Positions 38,481-44,743 of a stretch of 44,743 nt of DNA are shown here, one piece after another. The stretch lies in assembly GCA_048213135.1 (NCBI GenBank), contig PS015474.1:1-44743 (forward strand). The letters are read 5' to 3'. The notes under the pieces are model-generated. The model had not been told where the DNA came from and searched no databases. It saw nothing but the letters and a program-made list of their open reading frames with translations. A program made the translations under genes and the position numbers. Source of the DNA: Reclinomonas americana ATCC 50394. Taxonomy: Eukaryota. The stretch's first letter is position 1; every line of letters begins with the position of its first letter.

Positions 38481-41400
38481 AAGAGTACCAGGTAGAAAAA
38501 CAGCCACCAGACAGACGGACACATACACACCTGGCTTCTTGTCGCCGTCCTCATCCGCGAACCACGAAGTGGCAACTCGCACATTGGGAGTGAGCATGTG
38601 CATAAGCGACTGTCCGCGACCTGCACAAAACAAACAAACAGACTCAGCTCACAAACTCAGCTCACAAATCACTCTTTTGAACACTCACGAACCATCGGCG
38701 ACTCGCACTCCCCACCCCGCAATCTCCGAGCCGACAACCGCCACCACCTGATACGTGCCAGCACGTTTCTGAATCACACGATCGGCGGCAAAATCCTTGG
38801 GCATCACCAGCAGCAGCTGATTGGCTTCGGCATTGAGTACCGCCACATCGCACGACCACTCCACGGGAACACAGTCGGGGAACTCTTGCAGTTGGAACTT
38901 GAGCGACAACTGCATTGGCGGAGAAGCGATGAGTACGAGCAAAGCCGTCTTCTTTGCAGACAACTATACATACCTTGCTCTCCTTCTTCCAGCCCTTCTT
39001 GAACTGCAGCATGTCTACCAGGACGGCGGCGCCCTCGTCGGGATCAATCTCGGCCGTCACGCCCGGCGCATTGCCGCGCACTGACAACCACTCTCCCGAC
39101 ACCAGCACACGCATGCGGAAGCGACCGACAGAGGCGTGGATGTCGCGATGCAGTGCAATGCCCTCGCTGTCGCTCTCATATCAGCCAACATCACCAAATC
39201 TCCCTCCGTCCCCTCCACCCCATACGCAACAATCGAGATGGCCCTGCTGCGCCGCCAGCCTCGCCCGCCTTCTTCTTCTTGCTCCTCGACGCTTTCGTGG
39301 CGCGTGCCTTGCCCTTTTTCTTCGTCGCCCGCACCTCCTCGTCCTCATCTTCGTCCTCTCCCTCGCCATCCACCTCCATGTGCGCAGCAGCCATACCGTC
39401 GGCATAGGCTTGTGCCAGTGCGAGGCAGCGGCGGTACAGGCGCGGCCACACCACATTGTTGTGGGCGTCGAGAACGTGCACGGCGAAGCGCTGGTTCTTT
39501 GGCGAGGTGACCAGCGGTGGGGAGACAAAGTCGACTCGCTGCGGCTCGCCGGCGCACAGTGCCACGGCGATGGGATTCGCCGCCACAATGGTGCCGTCAG
39601 GCTCGCAGTAGCGCACGGTGAGGGTTGCGCGTGTGCACTAGGAGGGGGGAAGGAGGGGGAAAGGGAGAAGGGGGAAGGGGGAAGAGGGAGAAGGGGGAAG
39701 GGGGAAGAGGGAAGGAGTTAGTTAAGGAAAGCTGCTGGTGCTTCTCATTTTGTCTTCAATTTGCCTTCCAAAATGGTCCTTTTCCTTCTTCTCTTTCTCC
39801 TTATTCTTCTTCTTGTTGTTCTTATCATTCTGCATCCGTGCACCTCCTCTTGCTCGTGTTGTTGTTCTTCTTCCTCTCCTTCTCCGTGTTCTTCTTCTTG
39901 TTGGTCTTATCATTCTGCATCTTCACACTTTCTTCTCTTGCGCCGAGCCTTATTGGTGTTGCTCTTCTTCTCCGCCACCTTTTTCTTCTTCGTGTCGTTC
40001 TTCTCTTCTCCTGTTGGTATTGTTTCGTCTTTTTCTTGTCATTTTTTCTTCTCTGCTCCTTGTTCTTCTCCTCCGTCTTCTTCTTCTCCTTCTTGTTGCT
40101 GTTTGTTCTCTTCTTCCTCCTTCACCCCCTCCTTGTTCTATTTCTTCTTGCTCTTCTCTCCAACTTCATTTTCTCATTTTCCTCTCGTCTGCCTTTCTCT
40201 TTGGTATTGTTTCCCTTCATACCCCGTAATCCTTCTTTCCCTTAATCCCCCTTTCCCTTCATCCCTAATTCACCTTGACTCCCCCCTCCAACACACTCGG
40301 CACCGGAACCAAATTCGACAGCACCAGCAGTCCGAGCGCCGCCGAGTACGACCACGTGGCACCGCTCACATCGAGCGCCGTCGGATCGCTGACCTCCACC
40401 GACAGGCGCGAGCGCACCTCGTCGGTCAGCACCGGCCCGCCGAGACAATTCTCAAACGCGTCTTGCACCCGGAGATGCAACGCGGGGAGCACGCCGGCGC
40501 CGGACATGCGGTGGTACAACACGTACGAATCGTCGCCGCTGTCATCTACGGAGGGGAATGAGTGGCATTGTTGAATTCCCCTTTTCCGCCTCTGCTCACC
40601 CTCACCAACATGTTCGCTCTCGTTCTCGGCCAGAATGGAATCGTGCAAGTGCTGCGGCCAGTGCGCCGTCACACTGCGGCAGGGGGCAGGCACCACAATG
40701 ACGTCGACCGTGGCCGGAGTCACCGACTTGTCGTCGAATACCATCTCGATGCGGTAGGTGCCGGCCAAGTGGAAGGCGATGGGGGCCAGGTCGAACACAA
40801 ACGTGCCCTCTGCGCGGCAAATCAGAAGAGTGATGATGATACAAGCGTGGCTCTCTTTTGTCACACACACGCACGCAACTCTTGTACGGCTTGTCGGCGT
40901 GCGTGCTGCTGCGCTGGCCAGTCTCCACGTGCGTCACCAGCATGGTCATGCCGTGTCGCACACTGCGCGTTTCGGCCTTGCCGTCGCGCGAAAACAACCC
41001 ACATGCCACCTCGCGCAGCTTCTCGCCCGCCTACATTTGCACGCACACAGAAGTGAGTGGTGTGAGGAGTGGATGAGAAGACTACAGAGTGCGAAAATGC
41101 ATACCAGAATCCTCGTCCGCAGGCGCGCCGCGCTGGCAGCCACATCAGGCACATCGACAAAGCGCACCTCAGCAATGCGCCGCGCGTCCAGCTTGCCCAG
41201 CTCCTCCGCCACCTCGGCCTCTGTCAGCACACGTTCCACCTTGCCGGCCGTGTGCACCGCTGTGCACAAAGAGATGAGCAGTCAAGTCATAATAAGAATC
41301 GTGATAATACAGGCACACAACCATCACGCTCCGCCGGCATCATCTCGTGCACTCGACAAAAGCAAATATACGTCTCCGCGTCCATGTCGCGCATCAGCGC

Positions 41401-44400
41401 CGTGATGCGACCAATGATACGCGGCCGACTCTTCAGCGCCACGTGATCGTCGACTCGCAGCACCATCTTGCCCACGCGGACTTGCGAGAAGAAGCGGCGG
41501 GAGCGCTCCGTGGGCGCCGTCTGCACGGGCGGCGGTATGACGTATTTTTCGTCGNNNNNNNNNNNNNNNNNNNNNNNNNNNNNNNNNNNNNNNNNNNNNN
41601 NNNNNNNNNNNNNNNNNNNNNNNNNNNNNNNNNNNNNNNNNNNNNNNNNNNNNNNNNNNNNNNNNNNNNNNNNNNNNNNNNNNNNNNNNNNNNNNNNNNN
41701 NNNNNNNNNNNNNNNNNNNNNNNNNNNNNNNNNNNNNNNNNNNNNNNNNNNNNNNNNNNNNNNNNNNNNNNNNNNNNNNNNNNNNNNNNNNNNNNNNNNN
41801 NNNNNNNNNNNNNNNNNNNNNNNNNNNNNNNNNNNNNNNCAGCAGAAGAAGAAGAAGAAGAAGAAAAACAAGAAGAACAAGAAGAAGAAGAACAACAACA
41901 ACAACAACAACAACAAGAAGAAGAAGAAAATGAAGAAGAAGAGGAAGAAGAAAAGAAAAAGAGAGAGAGAGACGAGTAGGAAACGATAAAACAAGGAGTG
42001 AGAAGAAAAAGAAAGCACGTTGAAAAAGGAGGACATCAGAACAAATCAAGCGAGAATCAAGAACGAGGGAAACGGAAACGGGTTAGAGACAGAGAGATTG
42101 TTGGCGAGAACAGACAAAAGGGAGAGAAACGAGGAGAATGGAAGAGAAGATCCCTGTTTCATCTCTTATCATCTCTGGGCTCCGGTCATTGTCTCTTTTC
42201 CCATTCTATGCAACACAAACGCAACTCCTTGATTTTCTCCTTTGGCAGCAGTCGACCGAGCCAGAAGCACTCGAGTCCCGGCTCGCGATCGGCCAGCGGG
42301 TACATCTCGTCGAGATCGTACTCTGCGGGATGCAAGAGTGAGCAAGAGAAGGGAGTTTCGCACACCAGGGCAAGACGCAACGGCTGAGGGCGGATCGGCG
42401 ACCGACACCGCGAGCGCCCGACGATGCCGTGGAGGCAGTGCTCTCCGCTGGCGAGCCCGACTGACTGCCTGATTCGGCACTCTCGGCGGCGCCAGTGGCA
42501 CCAGAGGCGGCAGCGGCGGCGGCGGCAGCAGCAGCAGCAGCAGCCTCGTCGACAGCTTGTGTGGGCTGCAGATTGCGCGATTAGGGACAGAGAGGAGGTG
42601 AAGAGAAAAGGAAGAACGGATTAAAAGTAACACAACATACTCTCTCAAGCAGAAAGAGAAGGAGAAGCAGAATGAAGAGGTGATGAGCGAAAGGAGAGCG
42701 AAATGAGAGTTTGAGAGCACTGACATCGGGGCAGAGGAGAAAGGAAGCAACAACAGGAACACTCACCTGCTGCGTCAAGTGCTGCGTCATGTGCTCCAAG
42801 TGCATGTCGTAGACTTCATCGTGCTGCTTGGCCGGAATCGGCAGCGTCTCCTGGCCGTTGCGATACGGAAAGTAGTACAGCATGCCTTGCACAGTGGAGC
42901 GGATAACTCGAATGGACTGCCGTCGCGGGTCAACCATCAAATAGAGAGATGCACAACAAACATGTGAGGCAAGGACGCAACTGCCTTGGAACCAGTGGCG
43001 GCCTTGCGAGATGGCGAGCGGTACGGCACACGGACTTCGAGAGGGATCTCGAAGGGGAAGAAACTGACTCCGTGGCGCAGGTACTGCGTGAAGGAGGATG
43101 AGACAGCAGTGAAGCAAGAGAGGGCACGTCTCTGCATCACCGAACCTGACTCTCCAAGTCAATTGGAGCGGCGTGGCGAATGTCAATGCCGTCCACGCGC
43201 ACATTCAGCAACGACTCGCGTCGCATGGTGGAGGCACCGGCGGCGGCAGAAGGGGGCAGACGGCGCCCACGCCGCGAGACTGGTTCGGCGGGGGCCGCAA
43301 AGTCGTCGTCCTCTGGCGCGGGGGAAGGAGAAGAGGTGTGAGAAAGAATGCGAGGAGGGAAAGGCGAATGCAGCACACGTGAGAAGAGTGCCAGGGCACA
43401 TGGCAGCGAATACAACGAGGCAGAATGCAAGTACCACGTCATAAGCAAGCGAGAGAGAGAGAGAGAGAAGAAGGGGGTGGGAGTGGGGACTGGGAAGGGA
43501 GTGAAGGAGTGAGGAAGTGCGGAAGTGAGGGAGTGAGAAAGACAGAGAGAGAGTGTGTGTGTGTGTGAGAGAGAGAGAGAGGAGGGAAGGAAAGAAGAGA
43601 GACGCCGAGGACGAAAGGAAAAAGAAAAGTGGGGNNNNNNNNNNNNNNNNNNNNGTGTGAGAGAGAGAGAGAGAGGGAGGGAAAGAAAGAGAGAGCCAGG
43701 CAAGGAAAGAAAATGGGCAAGAGAGAAGACCGAAGCAGATGTGAACGAAGGGCAACATGTGAGAATTGAGACAGCGTCCAGCTTCGGTAGACCTCACGAG
43801 GACTGAAACCAGTGGAGTCACGCAAACTTCTCTCCCTCCTCCTCCTCCCTCGCTCTCCCTCACCTTCCGAAGGACGCGAAGGCCCGCCCGCGTCCACACC
43901 ACGCAGCATCTCCTGCCCGTCAATCACGGCACTCGCGGGATCAACATTGCCACTGTCACCATGCAAAGTATGAGCACAAAGAAAGTCGTCCCCAAACAAT
44001 CTCACAACACACACCTGTCACCAAAAATGTAGTAATGGTACGTGTGGCCAATGTGCGCCAGCAACTTGGTGGACGAGTACTCGGAGGCGTAGAGCGGGCG
44101 CAACGGGGAGATGCACACGAGCGTGAAACTGGCGTGCCGATTCACTGCCTCCAGCAGCAGTGGCTCGACATCTGCGTGCAGGGAGTGAGTCAGTTAGCAC
44201 GAGCACAACAATGACGGCCAACTCACCCGCGTCAGCTGCACTGTTGCGCAAGTGCGCGCACTCGTACAGCGTGAATTGCGTCTTCCACTGCACTTGCGTT
44301 TCCTGGTGTGCCTTGCCCTCGAGTTGATACTGCAGGACAGTGAATCGATTTGTCACCGACAGAGGAACACACGAAGCGCACGTAACTCTCGAGAAGCACA

Positions 44401-44632
44401 CAGAGTTGACAAAGGGCGAGTTCAGCGTGCGGGAGTACAGCGTCACCTCGTCGCCGAGGTTGAACATGGCCTGCATACACGAGTCAGCTGACGTGAGAAG
44501 GATGCAGGTCAGCAACATATTCCACCTTTTTCGAGCCAATGCCGTAGCGGCCAAACTGCGATGTGAGGTACCGATCCTGGTTGGCGTGTGCGGTCGAGCG
44601 GGTTTGCGTGGGACCCATCATGGCGCTGGTGT
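30451..44632 (-). CDS. SMCHD1: SMCHD1/GMI1-like protein (GHKL ATPase, transducer, BAH-like, long central region, coiled coil, SMC hinge); 5' end beyond the window
   Basis: YLTSQFGRYGIGSKK|AMFNLG (GHKL glycine motif, 44632-44526), FTLVCIS...LAHIGHVYHY, MLYYFPYRNGQETLP (~42880) and LECFWLGRLLP (~42260), compare human IFECFWNGRLIP. BAH-like segment ~41550-41340. Hinge YGVVAELGFV...GFVGYAVNLI...FYALFSNAMVF...LISLDMDRV (33615-31900). C-terminal NLS-like PQKRRKV; stop at 30451-30453. Confidence 0.8.
32300..33290. repeat. Intronic degenerate minisatellite (GATGACAGC-based units) with a local duplication
   Basis: Many GATGACAGC[G/A]A[A/G]...GATGGGAAG units. The block GAAGAATGGGGAGAGA..GCATTGC recurs at ~32861 and ~33155. 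Confidence 0.75.
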
Positions 44633-44743
44633 CTGGGAGAGGGAAAGAGGGGAGGGGGAAGGGAGAGGATGAGCGAGAGGGGAGAGCGAGAGGGGGAGAG
44701 CGAGAGGGGGAGACGGTGGGGAGACGGGAGGGGAGACGGAGGG

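Overview
Gapped draft scaffold from an intron-rich eukaryote, probably a protist. It has spliceosomal GT-AG introns full of (GA)n/(CA)n/(CT)n microsatellites and 13 N-gaps, so most ORF-track entries are intronic low-complexity or antisense noise; the genes below were spliced by eye. From left to right: (1) a tandem array of at least three paralogous ankyrin-repeat genes (- strand) with an F-box-like tail, including one small contig (4074-4769) that looks inverted; (2) a CAA-rich repeat mosaic; (3) an EF-hand gene (+); (4) NLR-like gene A (-), with a helical, possibly HEPN-derived N-terminus, a STAND P-loop NTPase, TPRs and a CaaX end, and a 1-bp frameshift; (5) a class I SAM methyltransferase (+) with a decayed EGF-repeat gene antisense in its largest intron; (6) an ependymin/LolA-fold-like Cys-rich gene (-) and ankyrin/coiled-coil fragments (+); (7) NLR-like gene B (+), with a caspase-family C14 domain, STAND, TPRs and CaaX; (8) a >14 kb SMCHD1/GMI1-like GHKL-ATPase/SMC-hinge gene (-) running off the right end. 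The best candidate for a new system is the divergent pair of close NLR-like paralogues. They share the upstream exon, the STAND-TPR core and a CRCSLL prenylation signal, but carry unrelated N-terminal effector cassettes bounded by matching intron phases. No database searches could be run; family calls rest on recognised motifs.
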